From Cirrosporium novae-zelandiae (lineage: Eukaryota), in contig JAPETS010000002.1 of NCBI GenBank assembly GCA_026023565.1, positions 620,001 through 684,000 of the forward strand: a stretch of DNA of 64,000 bases, written 5' to 3'. Both the position numbers and the translations under genes were made by a program. Below, one piece after another: positions 22,574-35,834 of this stretch (position 1 is the stretch's first letter; the number at the start of each line of letters is the position of its first letter). The notes beneath the pieces are model-generated. The model ran no database searches, was not told the origin of the DNA, and worked only from the letters and a program-made list of their open reading frames with translations.

Positions 22574-23570
22574 TATCGCTATTATGCCTGTCTGCCTTTT
22601 TTGGTAGTTTTGTAGATGAGGAGGTTTCCGTTTCGTAGAGTACTGAGAGCTGGCTATATGGTGAGGGGTTTTGTCTAACAAATCAAAAAGTAAATGTTCC
22701 AAGTCGATAGGGTATTTATTCATTTATCCCATTCCCATTATTACCCATCCATGTTCTATTTATGCAAAAACAAAAGAAAAGTACTGGAGGATTTCAGCTC
22801 GGGTCAGCAGCTCTGGCTGTATAATTAGTTCTTACCGAGCTGACAAAGGAGGATTCATTTGGAAACAGAAATGGCGCGGGGTAGCCAGGAAAGCTTGGAG
22901 GGGTAGCTTGTCCCACATTCATCTAGTTCTAGTTCTTCGCCGAGATAAATAGCCATCATGATGGGAGCGGCATGGACGGAAGACAAATCGCGAAACAGTC
23001 GTCGTCTTGAAGTTTATTTGTTCGGGGACCGAAAAAAAAATATCCCTTCATTGGTTGGAATGTGGGGAGGCCCATTTGGAATTTGTGTTTGAAACCAAAG
23101 GCAGCTAATTAGGATACTTGTAGAGTTCTCCAAGGTTCATAGTTTCCTTTCTGCCAATTGATGAATTGAATGACGACGCCTACAAATGCATAAATGCAAC
23201 ATGCTTCCATCTTTCTTCGTCTAAAAACAGAACATCGACATAAGTTTTCAACCTGCTTCGCTCCTTGGCTCTATGTACTCCTTCACAAAAAGAAATACTA
23301 ACAATCTCAGAACGCGTGTCAATTACAGCATTGCACACGCCATGCTAGAATAAAAAATATGTCGTGTCTCCCCTCTCCTTATCAATCGTCCCGGACATGC
23401 ATGTCGGAGATATGCCTCCAAACGTTCTAATAACCTCATACAATACCACCATGGTATCAACTGAGAAAAAGAGTAAAAAGGAAAAATATACAGAGAATAA
23501 GCAATATTCATGTTTGTGGTGGAATGTGTTTATAGTCATCGAGAGGCGTCAAAGGAAGAAATGCTTTAGT

Positions 23571-26479
23571 TTAGACATCTAGAGCTTTGCGTAAATCGTT
23601 CCACTTTCGCTTAAGGTCTTCATGGGCTGCGTTTATCTGTTAAGAATTGAGTGGTTAGCATTTGCATGTAGCTGACCATACACAGCATTTGTCTGGTTAG
23701 GATGACAATTTACCTCTGCATACTGCATCTTCGTAGCCACCAAATCCTTCTCCATTTCCGCCATCTGCTCTTCAAGTGTTCTATTCTCGTTCTGAACCTC
23801 AAGATTACTTTGCATGATCCGGTCCATTTGGTCTTTTAGCCTGTTCTCAACCTCTTCGGGTTGTTTGTCCACGACCTTCCGAAGCTCAACAACCTGGCCC
23901 TTGAGGCTTTCATTCATATCATTGAGCTCTTCGTTCTCAACTTTGACACGCACAAGTTCCGATGCCATTTGCACGTGCTCTTGATCCGACTTCTCTGCTG
24001 TTTCCTCTAACAATCGGACCTTATGGGCTAATTGTTGGTTGGTGCCCTTCAAAGTAAAGAGTTCGGTCTCTCTCTCTTTTTCTGCACGAGTTTTTTCCTG
24101 CCACTCAATCGTGTAGGTCTTGAGCATTTCGGGGGTGATCTTAACCGCACAGGCATCTTGAACAAGCATATCCGCACGATATATTTCTTTATCAACTCCA
24201 CCGGAGCTTCCGAAAAATCCAGACTCTAGTATTGAATTCGACGACGGTGCTTTGTCAATGTATACATCAAAAAGGCGTTCCTTGAGAAATGTTGTCAAAG
24301 CACTCATATCATTCATTTCCATCAGTGCCTGAACGTTTTTCTGCATTAGGACAATGGCAAATTTGAGAATTGCACCTTCAAGGCCTTCACTAAGGATCAA
24401 GTCATAGACACGTAGCACTAGCTGCAATGGGAATCGGTATGCAAATAAGGTGAGGAACCACTGCGTAGCGTAGAGCTGAGGGTTAACGCCTCGTCGGTGA
24501 AGATGGCAATATAAAGCAGGCTCTAGATCTTCCAGCAAACGTTCAAATTGATAGAGGTGAAGATGCAATCCAGGCATGTCTTGAATGAACATATCACGCA
24601 GATGATATTGATTCATCAGGCGAACAAGAAGGCAGAAAGCCTCCTCTTCTGGCATATTGAAGAGAAGTGGCATAGCCAAAAAATTCATTCCTTGAGCATA
24701 TCCGACGGCTTCATCGAACAGGGCATAAGCCTTGCACACACCAAAAAGACCATCTTGTAGACCAGCTGAGACAGCAAATTTCGAATAGCTTGTCCTGGCA
24801 CCTAAATCTCGCTTAATAGCTTTTTCTAACTTGTTTAATGCCGCGGCATCTTCTTTGGCCTTTCGTTTTCGTTCGGCGATAGCTGCTGCCTGAAGTTTTG
24901 CAGCCATCTCGGGATCTTTCTCATGCAATGGCGAGGCAAACCCACTCGTTGGTGTGGACTGGTCTGAATGGATAGAAGATGAAGAGGAAGTATTTGAATC
25001 CTTTTCTTTGATAGAGCCATTAGTATGCCCATTTAGTGTGTTGCCACTCGATACACTTAATCTTTCCGGATCATGGTCTGTTCCTCGAGCCACAAGGTCT
25101 CGATATACGATTTCTAGCTCTTCATTCTTACTTTGTGCAAGAACTTGCCACACTACACCTCGTATAGCACTTGGTATCCCGCCTGCAATTGCTTGTGCAA
25201 GTTCTTCCGGACTTGTACGAGCGACAGCAGCAGGACCTTCGTAAACAACAGCTTGCCACAGATCCCAATCAACTGGGACTGTATTCTCGCCTGATGATGG
25301 ACCAGCAGCGACCCCCGCGGCAGTGCCTGGAGGTAGGTTTGGGTTTATTGTGGACGGTAATGAACTCGGTGGGGAAGATGAATATTCCTTGGGTGACATT
25401 ACAGATTCAACGCTTTCTGTAAGACTCGTCGGACTAACTATACCTAGACCCAGATTAGTCAGTTTTTCAATAAAGCTAACGAGAGCTCCCGAACCTCCAT
25501 CCGGTGTAGAGATATCATTACCGTCCTCTGTCATAGTTATCCCTATCTCTTCACGTAGACGTAACATCTTAAAGCGATCTCGAAGACTATTTCGTTGTCT
25601 TGAACCGCCATGCATACTGCCATTAATCTCGCCACCTTCGTCCAATCGACTCAACATAAGTTCAGGGTTACTGCTAAGTGTAGACACAGAAGCAGTAGTA
25701 TCTCGTCGATTGGGCGAACGACCACGAGCGTGCAATGGAGGTGAAGCGATATTTTCCTTGTGGCCGAGGTCTTTTGAGGTGTTTCTCGTCAACCAGGAGA
25801 ATGGGCTTGTCAATTTCCTTGGAGGGGCGGGAGCTGGAGCTTCATTCTGTTTCGGGGGCGGTGGTGGTGCCCATGGACCTGACGAAATAGAGCCAGATAA
25901 ACCTTTTAATCGGGATGGTGCATTCTTCGGTGGAAGAGCAGGGGGAGCTTCTCCCTGGTCCTTTGATGTAACCATAGAAGACCTTGACTTTAACGATGCA
26001 GTTTCTTCATGATGCCCTTCTAAATTTACTTCATCTAACGATTCAGTTGTTGATAATCGATGGGACGTTAGCAAGGGCGATTTGGGGGTCTGGCCATCCT
26101 TCGAACCACTTTCGGAGGAATCTGGGTCCTCTTCCTCCTTTTTATCTTCCTCCTTTTCACTGTCCTTTATACTATCCCCATCCTCTGATTCTGTGTCCAT
26201 AACAGGACTTTGTTTCGAAGCTTTCGGGGTGGTAATATTTGAGGAGGAGGATGGCCGCCGCTCGCCAGTCAGAGAACGAATATTGACTACCGTAGGTCTT
26301 GAACTTGACCGCTCCGAGCGTTCTGCTTGATAATCCTGCGCCTCTTCAAACTGATCCTATGTACAATCAGCTTCAATTCATCTATGACGTGGCTCATGAT
26401 CATTTTCATGCAGGCGAGGAATTCGTGGACGCACCCCTTCGATGTCAGTGCTCTCAGAACTTGACGCTGCATCGGCCAT
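23571..26479 (-). CDS. GYP5: Rab GTPase-activating protein, TBC domain plus C-terminal coiled coil (Gyp5/EVI5-like); exons 26479-26435, 26356-23714, 23636-23571
   Basis: GIPSAIRGVVWQ; IKRDLGART (arginine finger); GYAQGMNF (glutamine finger); YATQWFLTLFAYRFP; heptad-rich C-terminus. Confidence 0.88.
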
Positions 26480-27303
26480 TTGTTTTGTAGAAATTATAAA
26501 CTAATCGGCTAGAGGGTGTTTGACAAAGGTAAAGAAGAGGGAAGATCAAGTATTGTTCTTGGTGACTAGTTGGCTGCTATTAAAGACCAATTGCGGGTGT
26601 GAATATAAAGCTGTCCCTTCCTTATTACAAGCCTGCCTATTTTGATCCCATTAGACTGAGGTGTCAAAAGTAAGAACAAAGGATCAAGACAGGTAGCAAA
26701 GCAAGTATGAAGCTCCAGGGTCACAGGTAAAAATGGGGGATTTGGTGGTAGTTGAGTGATGGAACTGGCACGGATGTGTTCAAGGGTAACAAAAGAGAAA
26801 GAAGGTTGTTCGTTTGTTGGTTGAATGAAAGTTGGATCTTCACTGTACTTTTTTGGCCCTTGAAACAGACCCCCGGGAGACGGATTGTCAGGGATCTTTG
26901 GTTAAAGCCTGTTAGAGCTTTGGGGGCTTTAGAGACCAACTTTGGGGCTAACTAACTCTACAGTAGCACCAGTTAGCTATAGTAACCAACCAATGAATTT
27001 CGTACTTCACTATCCCCATCTCAGCCCCTCCGCTGCTACTAAATCTTATGTCAACCCGCCGTTTATATACATCTTTTCCTTCTTACCTAGGTAATTATAA
27101 CCCTTTATTATAGAAACATATAACTTCTAGAATCCTACTAAGTCCATCCCTAAAAAAAGGAACCATTATAAAAAAATAACTTTAGCTACATATCATAGTT
27201 ATGCATTAACTAACTGATTATGAACACCCCCTTAAACTAATTATTCCCCTCCCCTGAACCCAGACCAGTTAAAGGTGTGCAAGCCACGCCATCTCACCTC
27301 TTG

Positions 27304-28559
27304 CTAAGCCTTATCGATCAACCCAGCCAAGTCATCCCATCGACCTCTTCTCAAGGGATCAAGTTCTCGTAACTCACTCAACCACTCAGTCATTCGAATC
27401 CTCTCTACCTCTTCCATTTTCTTACCTAATCTAACTAATATCAAGGTATATTGAATCAGGGCCTGGTAAATCCATTTACAGTCTTCAGCGCCATCCAACA
27501 TTTCTAAAATATCTTCAAGCTCTTTTGAAACATATCTGCATCGCTGATCATTATCAAGACCTGGAACCATGGAGAATTTTATTAATGATGGATCGACTGA
27601 GGCCATCAGAGATTGATGGTAGAACCATAAAGACTGGTCATAGGGATCCGTCCATAGTGCTCGTCGGATGAGTTGCAGTTCTGTTACACAGTGTTAATGG
27701 AGTGCTTAAATATGGATGAGGGAACCGATGTGACGGACCATCGTCCAACATTTTCCGTCTTTCTTCAAGGCTCGCTCCCCGTTCATCCAATAGCCTAGGG
27801 ATCAGTTTACTCCGATTATGCCAAGCGGAAAAGTTGGAAAGATTGGTTTGAATCATCCTCGTTGTATAATCAAACTCGTCCTGTGTCATTCTCGTGTCTT
27901 GGGTCCCTGAATTTTCTGATATATTCAGAGCTGGACTCTCTAGCTGAGCAACTACCTTCCGTCTATAGCCCCAACCATGGAAATTTCGACTATCCAAACT
28001 CAGCATCTTTCCAACCAGTCCAAATTCTTCATACCAAAACCTCCGAGCTGCCTTCTTTTCGAGATAGCTGTTTGTCTGTTGTAGTAGCCATAATCTATGG
28101 TTCCATATCCAGTAACATTTTGGAAATTCTTTAAGTAACGGAATAAGGAATCGAAGATCGTTCGACAAGAGATCGGCGATGGATTGTTCGGTCTTCTCTG
28201 AGGAAGGAATGGTTTGAATTTCATGTTGTAATAATACTCGTCGATAGTTCCAAATAGTGTAATATTCTGGGTTGAGTTTCAGTATCGTTGAAATTAAATG
28301 CTGCGTTCCAACAGTATGTTCATTATCATGCATCTGTCCGCTGTCTCACTCAGTCACTGTATTTTAAAACAAAGTCGAGTAAAAGACCTTTTTGCTGACT
28401 TGGTCCACCAAGTCTCGGTATTCCTGAATTTTTTGCTGCTCCTTCTCTCGGGCCTTATCTGTATTTAAGACTACGAGCTCGTTTCTCGGAATTCCATGCT
28501 GCGAGGTTTTAGTCAATACTTGCTAGGAGTATAGGATAGTATTTTCATACACTAGCCAT
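27304..28559 (-). CDS. BET4: Rab geranylgeranyltransferase (GGTase-II) alpha subunit; exons 28559-28551, 28498-28388, 28333-27739, 27680-27304
   Basis: MAS|HGIPR start; PPTA repeats NPEYYTIWNYRR, PKCYWIWNHR, RNFHGWGYRR, SNFSAWHNR and DPYDQSLWFYH; C-terminal LDPLRRGRW. Confidence 0.93.
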
Positions 28560-29535
28560 GATAGGCGCAACAGCGGAGGATAGTATCGCGATGTTGACGA
28601 TTATAGTGACAGTTGTTAGATTTCTTACTTTCGAAAGTACCTAGGTAGGTATGCTACAGCTGATAGCGATAGCGATAGCGGATTCACATTTTTCCGCCTG
28701 AATCAACGGCACCGAGATGTTCCGAGGACTTATTCACACACGTGACATTGTCATATGCCTATCCAATATTACTATCTACTCCTCCACACAGTACATGACA
28801 AATACACATTAATGTTATAGCAGAGTCACAAAAACTATGGGCAACTACTCGCACAAAATAATCATTCTAGGCTCATTGGAGTATTAATATCATTCTGACA
28901 AAATTCTATCTCATGCTAATTATTAAGGTAATTGAATTCTCAAAGTAACAACTCACGAGAATAGGGGAGAATGAAGAATATTCACTTAACAGATACTCAT
29001 ACACTCCAACTTTATTACCTCCAATCGCCTTTCACACATGATAGAGCGAGTGACAAAATGTCATTATTATATCCAAATCCCCTCAGAAGTCAATATTTCA
29101 TCAATACTGACCGCTCTCACTCTCAATGGACAGAAGCCCAACCTATCATTTTATCAGCGAAGAATATCAAGCGAAATAAAGCTCGAGCGATGCTTCAACT
29201 TTCAGTCAAAATCGATTTCTATGCTTGAAAAGGTATAATCTTTAGGTAATGAATACCAAGTAGCTCCTAGGTTTAATTGAAACAGCCTCCTGCTTAGAAG
29301 GCGTTTGAAAGATCTTCGAATATAATCAGCTAGTTTGGTCGCTCTTGCTTCAGCATACAATATCTCCTCTTTTGAAGATATATCTCCTTGCTTGGTTCGA
29401 TTATGTTATTTCCACTTACTCTCACTTTTACAACCAACCCCAAATCCCAATCCCAAGTATTACTGATGTCATCGCTACATTCTTTACGGTTGTACATCAT
29501 TAATTGCCGTATCAATCTTTTGGCTTTATGAGTAC

Positions 29536-31827
29536 ATGATGCCTACTATAACATCAAACACGTCATCCCCAGCTCTTAACACAGCCCCATTACCTTTATC
29601 TCCAGAACCCGAGCCACCAAAACCATTTCCAAGTCCCAAAACACCCAATCGACGGTGTTATAGCGGAACTAAGTCTTCATTTTCCACTCCTGATCGATTC
29701 ATCCCCAAGAGATCACCATATTCTGACTCTGCCTCAAACCTTCGAACCAGCAAGCCGATACACAAATTGTCTAGCGACGAGAAACTCCATCGAAAGCGGA
29801 ATTCTCACGCTGATCCCTTTAATACGAAAAGCTCTAGATATAAAGATATTCATCAGGTCCTCTTTACTACTGGACGTCACCCTAGACGTCCTTCTGGATA
29901 TCATTTCCCTAGCTTTACATCAGTCACTGCTCCTCGTGCAAATGATATAGCTTTTACGGGAAGAAAAATTAGTGCTGGGTCTATTTGGAACGTAGGAGGA
30001 AGTAATGCGGCTGTTCATGGACCTTATTTGGGGGTCAGTGATGGCCGCGGCGGCTATATAGGCAGTGGGACTAATGCACCAATGCTAGTATCTCGGTTCT
30101 TTGATATCGAGACCAAAGAAGATGATCTGTTAAGACACGAAGCTCGTCTTGCCTTTGCTTGTGAGATAGATCAAGCTAGCCGAATATTGCAGACGACTTG
30201 CACACAGCTTAATACAAAAAAAACACCCAAGAACGCCTATAAAAGCGATCTTCCGGTCTGGAATAATGGGTGGACCAAAGATAGCCTCCATGCTATTAAG
30301 CCAACGGATCCCGGCAAGAAACCTATCCCATTGAACCCTTTCAAGGTTCTCGATGCCCCTTGCTTGCGTGACGATTACTATTGTTCTGTTCTTGCATATT
30401 CTCCAACCGCACACTGTCTAGCCGTTGCTCTCGGCCCCAAGGTCTACAAGTGGTCCGAGTCTGACGGGGTTAAGAACGCATCAAGGATGATTTTACAGGC
30501 TGAAACTTATGTCACTTCACTCTCGTTCTCTTGCAAGGAGCTTGGTAAGGATATACTGGCAGTTGGCCGCCAGAACGGCAACGTCAGCCTATATACTGAC
30601 CGCGATGTGCACAAGCATTTTGAACTACAGCATGACTCTCCAGTTGCATGTGTTTCCTTCAAACCCGTTCCAACGCGTAGACTATCTTCGAATTTGCTGT
30701 CTATTTTACCTTATGCACAAGGCTTGATGGGTATGGATGATCTGTTGGTTGGAACAGAATCGGGTGACGTCTACTATTATTCAGTGGAGTGGCCGTCAGA
30801 CACTTACACTAAAAATACAGGATGGACCGGGGCCGTCAAATGCCTGGTTCAAATCAGTGCACATTGCCAGCAAATATGCGGACTTGCCTGGTCGCCGGAT
30901 GGCGAATACTTTGCTTCCGGCGGCAACGACAATGCATGTTGTTTATTTGAAGTTGCCTCTATACTACCAAAGGAACCACCACCATCTCTGGTGCGTTTAG
31001 ATCCCAAAGAAGCACGGTGCGTTTCTATCGACACCGAGACTCTTAAAAAGGTACGGATGGCGCGGCTTCGCAGATCGCGGACCTCCACAGCTACAGCAAA
31101 TACCATATTAAATGAGGCGGCACAGAGCAACCGTCGGCAGCATGCTCATACGTCCTTGCATCTCCAGGAAGATGGCATTGTGATGATCCGCCACCAGAAG
31201 AACCTTAGATCATTCGAGGACCCGGATACAAACCACCTCAGAGCAGGCTGCGAAAAACAGTACTGGCCTCATCGTGCGGCTGTCAAAGCAATAGCATTCT
31301 GTCCCTGGCAGCGAGGCCTCCTTGCTACGGGTGGTGGGTCTAACGATCGCTGCATCCATTTCTGGCATACGTTTTCTGGTGCTAGCCTGGCTACTATTCA
31401 TGTCGCTGCTCAAGTCACGTCTCTTGTATGGAGTACTACTAGGAGAGAAATTGCTGCTACATTTGGGTATGCGCAACCTGAACATCCGTATCGCATTGCT
31501 GTTTTCAGCTGGCCTGAATGCCGCCAGGTTGTTGCTATTCCGTGGAGCGGTGAACATAGAGCACTGCATGCGATTGCGTATCCTGGAGGACCTGATGATG
31601 GGGGATCTCAGAGAGGGCAAGGGACTGCATGGTGGAGGAGAACGAGGGAGGAGGGATGCATTGTTGTCGCCAGCAGCGAGGAGAGTGTGAAGTTTCATGA
31701 GGTTTGGAGCGATTTGAGGAAAGGGAAAGGTAAGGCAACAAATGGACAACAGGGAATTCTTGGGGGCAGTGACATTCTGGAAGCTTTGGAGGGGGTGGAG
31801 AAGGATTGGGCTGAGGTCGTAAGATGA
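29536..31827 (+). CDS. AMA1: Cdc20/Fizzy-family WD40 APC/C activator, Ama1-like (meiotic), intronless
   Basis: C-box DRFIP; FKVLDAPCLRDDYY; QICGLAWSPDG...ASGGNDN; HRAAVKAIAFCPWQRGLLATGGGSNDRCIHFW; IR-tail-like C-terminus VVR. The long insertions are typical of the Ama1 clade. Confidence 0.8.
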   Translation: MMPTITSNTSSPALNTAPLPLSPEPEPPKPFPSPKTPNRRCYSGTKSSFSTPDRFIPKRSPYSDSASNLRTSKPIHKLSSDEKLHRKRNSHADPFNTKSSRYKDIHQVLFTTGRHPRRPSGYHFPSFTSVTAPRANDIAFTGRKISAGSIWNVGGSNAAVHGPYLGVSDGRGGYIGSGTNAPMLVSRFFDIETKEDDLLRHEARLAFACEIDQASRILQTTCTQLNTKKTPKNAYKSDLPVWNNGWTKDSLHAIKPTDPGKKPIPLNPFKVLDAPCLRDDYYCSVLAYSPTAHCLAVALGPKVYKWSESDGVKNASRMILQAETYVTSLSFSCKELGKDILAVGRQNGNVSLYTDRDVHKHFELQHDSPVACVSFKPVPTRRLSSNLLSILPYAQGLMGMDDLLVGTESGDVYYYSVEWPSDTYTKNTGWTGAVKCLVQISAHCQQICGLAWSPDGEYFASGGNDNACCLFEVASILPKEPPPSLVRLDPKEARCVSIDTETLKKVRMARLRRSRTSTATANTILNEAAQSNRRQHAHTSLHLQEDGIVMIRHQKNLRSFEDPDTNHLRAGCEKQYWPHRAAVKAIAFCPWQRGLLATGGGSNDRCIHFWHTFSGASLATIHVAAQVTSLVWSTTRREIAATFGYAQPEHPYRIAVFSWPECRQVVAIPWSGEHRALHAIAYPGGPDDGGSQRGQGTAWWRRTREEGCIVVASSEESVKFHEVWSDLRKGKGKATNGQQGILGGSDILEALEGVEKDWAEVVR

Positions 31828-32865
31828 GAGTGAAGTTTCGACATCATACTATGGGGAAAACTCTTCGGAGTGGGCGTTGATAGACTGAAAATATTATTTT
31901 TTACTTTCTTTTGTGGCTATTGTTATTATTGTCGGTGGTTTAAGCTGACTACTTGTCCACTGTTGGCGCTTCGGTGTTTGACTGTTTCCTGATGGTAGTA
32001 TTACTTCTGACCGCGATCCTATAATTAACATCTTCATATCCGGGTTTGTTTGGGTGCTGGGTGGGCTTAAGGTCATCTAATCAGGCCACGTTGACAAATG
32101 CAAAGGGTGAATGTATTCTTACTCCTAAAATTGACTTGGTAACATAAAAATGGCTAGCTTAGTCTCGCTGGTGAAGAATCGGGGCTGCGGCTACTTTTCT
32201 ATTTTTGATAAACCCCAAACGCCAATTCTGCTTGTCTGTCACCTTGAATGTCCTTACTCCACAAACCTCCGTAGTGAAATACCAACTCTGAATGGTTCAT
32301 ATAAAAGTGGCCATGTTCATGCCCTCAAACAATATAACCCTCCTCCAAACGGTGCTCTTCACTGCCCCCTAGTTTTCATCCTTTCTTCTCTTCCAAAATC
32401 AAATGACATCACATCGTGCCTATAGAATAAATAAAAAGATAGCTGAGGGTATCACACCAATGGAGGACGGACGGACGACAATCCACAATGTTTTTTTTTG
32501 TATTTTCTTTTCATGATTTTTAAAAACGCCAGGTCAATGTGCTTGATATCCTTGTGTAGGTCATTGACAACAATTCTACTTTTGGTGGTATTTTTGTTCT
32601 TGCCTGCTTTCATCTTGTTTCTGCGAGATGCTTCTTGTCATCCAGGTGGCATAAGTAGGGCGAGTAATATGAAGAAGGTACAATCCCGATGCTTGAGAGG
32701 TTTGTTTCTCGTATAGAATAGGAACGTGTATAATGGAGGGATTATGAAGAATTTTTCTGGCCGTGGCGGAGAAGGAGGTTTTGCTGGCTTTAATTATGAC
32801 GTTCATTCTGTATCGACCTTGAACAGAGATAGTTTTGACATTAATCACATTGGCAACCAAATACT

Positions 32866-35366
32866 TCATATTTTTCCACTCGAGACGAAACCTCCAGTCT
32901 TCTTCGTTTTCACCACACGATGCGGCGCAGGGGAGTCCTCGTCGCTGTCGTCCTCATCATCTATCATATCATCTACATCGTCATGATCGACATCGTCATC
33001 TATATCCTCCTCATCTATTTCGTTCTCCGTTTCTTCAGCCTCATCATCGACCAAGTCATCGCTATCTTCATCTAGATCAGACTCTTCTACTACACCATTG
33101 GTCAGAGTTGGCATTGGCTCGTCGTCTTCGGAGCCGATATCGGTATCGGAGAGGTGGTTGGATTTGCTGACGCCGTTCATGAGAGCTTTAGTTATTTCTT
33201 CATCCGAGTCAGAATCGTCTTGACCCTCAACATAAATAACATCTTCTTCGTCTTCATCAACTTCGACTTCACGTGATCGTTCCGCGATATTTCTTCTTAC
33301 GCTTAATTGCGCCTCGAGCATATCAAGTTTTCCTTTTAATGAAAGTAAGTAAGTCAGATTACTTGCCCTTTGATCTAGTAACCCAGTCAAACTCTGTATC
33401 TTCTTCATGAGGGTCTTTTGATTGGCAAGATATCCTCCATGCGCAACTACAGTCCACTGAATCCAAACCATGAGACTTCCAGCACGGCCCGGCCGCCTGT
33501 GTAGGCGATCTGCGAGTTTTTCAAGCAGTTGAGCAGCTAACATAGAGTCGAGGCGCTCAATAGTGGTACGTACGATGTTAAAGTCCGTGGCTAGGAAGCA
33601 CGACTCTAGTAGAGACTGATCGTTGGTCCTGAGGGATTGGGTAAGGATCGTACTGAGGGAGAGACTGGATTGCGGCTGTTGGAAGGTAGTGATGCTAGTG
33701 GAGGGGGCGAGGGCTGCCCGGTTGTGATCTTGGAACGTAGCAGCAACGTCAACGGTCTCAGGGGCATTCGCACGCAGAAGGTCCCCAAAGGAAGGTTCAG
33801 CGGCGTCTTCTTCGTCATCTAGTTCTGAACCGGCGTCTTTCATATCAATATCTTTGGCAGAAGTGTCGGGCGTTTCGCGGTCATTTTCATTTTCCGGAGG
33901 TTCACTTTCACTAGCGCTCTCCTCTTCTGATGAGCCATCTTCCTCCTCTTCGCTGCTGCTTATTTCTATAACTTCGTGATCTGGAGCATCGATGGCCATA
34001 CTTGAGTCTCCAGTTGTAGTGCCGTTGACGACGGCATGTGATTCATCAACATGAACCTTTCCCATATCCTTGACTCCATTTACCGTGGCAGCTTCTATCC
34101 CTCCCTGTTCTTGGAATATCTCTTTTAGTCCTTTTAATTTCATATCTCCCGAATCTGCATCCCGCCAAAGTATCGTCTTGAATCTTAGGTTCACACCATG
34201 TTCAGTCGATACAATAACGAGCTCGTCGCCATTAAAAGTGGCATCAATAGCTGGTATAAGCAAACCCTTGCTATTTGATCTAATGACCTTAACCACCGCG
34301 TCTGCTCTCTTAGTCATATGTTGGTTTTTTTTCAAGCTAGTAGAATCTATCGTGGGGACGGCTGCTAGCGGCTTAGAGAATAATTCTACGGTACCATCAC
34401 TAGTAACAGTTGCAATAGCATCGATATCTTGATTGTCAAAGCAGGAAGAAATTTTCCGAACATCACTTTCTGTCATCAACGACTTAATAGGTTTTTGCGA
34501 GTGGACATCGAAAACGCTGATAGTGTAGTCTGAATTGGTCGCTGCTAAAAGGACGTCCGAGTCTGAAGATGAGACTTTTATCAGAGTATGAGCTGGATCC
34601 TTGGCGACAGTGAAGAGCTTGTCCGTTTGTGAACCATCTACATGTACTGAATAGGCAGTGTGAGAAGCGCAAAACATCATACCTTCTCCTTGAAGAGGTC
34701 GCGTAAGAACTGAGATAGACACGTCTGGCAGTGATATGATTCTGTTGCGATTGTAAGCAGAGACACATAGTCAAAAAGCAGGGAGCTATACTGAAGAGCG
34801 TTTCCTCTTGTAATATCCCATTGGACAAGCTTTGCATCGGCACCCAGACTCCATCCTCTTGAACCGGATTCCTTACTGGTAAATTTGAAATCTCTGACCG
34901 CTTGGGTATGCACATCCTTTAACGTCGCAAGTATCTGATTTTGGGTATATGAGAACATCTCAATCTTAGAATCACTTGTACCAAACGCCACCACAACTTC
35001 CTCCATTCTGTCGGTGGATATAGCGCCATTGATACCAGAACTTCTTTTTCTTTTTTTCTTTGGGTTTTCATCACTGTTCTCTAAAGAATTTGAGGGGTAA
35101 AGACCCCAGTCGAGACAGGTGATGGTGGCTTTAGAGCCGATCGTATGCTCACACTGTAAGTGCCCTGAGGAGACATTGTGTATTCGGAGATGTTGGGAAT
35201 CGAAACTTTGTATCACCGAAGCGAACAGGTTTAGTTGATATTCGGACGGGCAAAATGCAGATCGTAATATGGCGGATTTTGCACTCTGTTGTGTGGCCGA
35301 TGAAGCTGGGGCAGCTTTTGATGAAATTTGGGATACAGGTCCTTGAGAGTTCTTTTTGCTGGCCAT
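32866..35366 (-). CDS. UTP5: SSU processome t-UTP component Utp5/WDR43 (WD40 + Utp12 domain + acidic tail); exons 35366-34792, 34741-32866
   Basis: SLSTILTQSLRTNDQSLLESC...IVRTTIERL...RPGRAGSLMVWIQWTVVAHGGYL...LLSLKGKLDML (Utp12/Dip2 domain). D/E-rich C-terminus. Intron 34791-34742. Confidence 0.9.
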
Positions 35367-35834
35367 GACGCCGACGCTGGGAGTGAAACTAACTGCGACA
35401 ATATAAATTAGATGACACAAGTTAAGAGAGGTGGCAAGGACAGTCTCGAAGATAGTGGCTCAAATTGCTTGTCAGGTTTCTGGCTGTGTTTGGATTGTCG
35501 CAGTTGTTTGCTTCATAAAGCTGATACACAAAAAAAAAAAGTTAATGAAGAAATGGAAATTTCGGCCTAACTGTATTTGGTTGCGACTGTTACTTACAGT
35601 ACCTTACCACAGTACCTACCCAACCCACACAACCTAACTATCAACATCCAACACCCACCTTCATCTTTCAAAAAGAACTGATAAGAGCTACATAGGCTAC
35701 AGCATTTAGTTATAAAAAGATTCCTCCCTCAACTCATCCTCTTCAAGTCTTCATAACCTATCTCATGATTTATCCTATCTACAGGCTAACTAATATTTGT
35801 TAAATTAATACCTTCCCTTTCAATACTTGGACTA

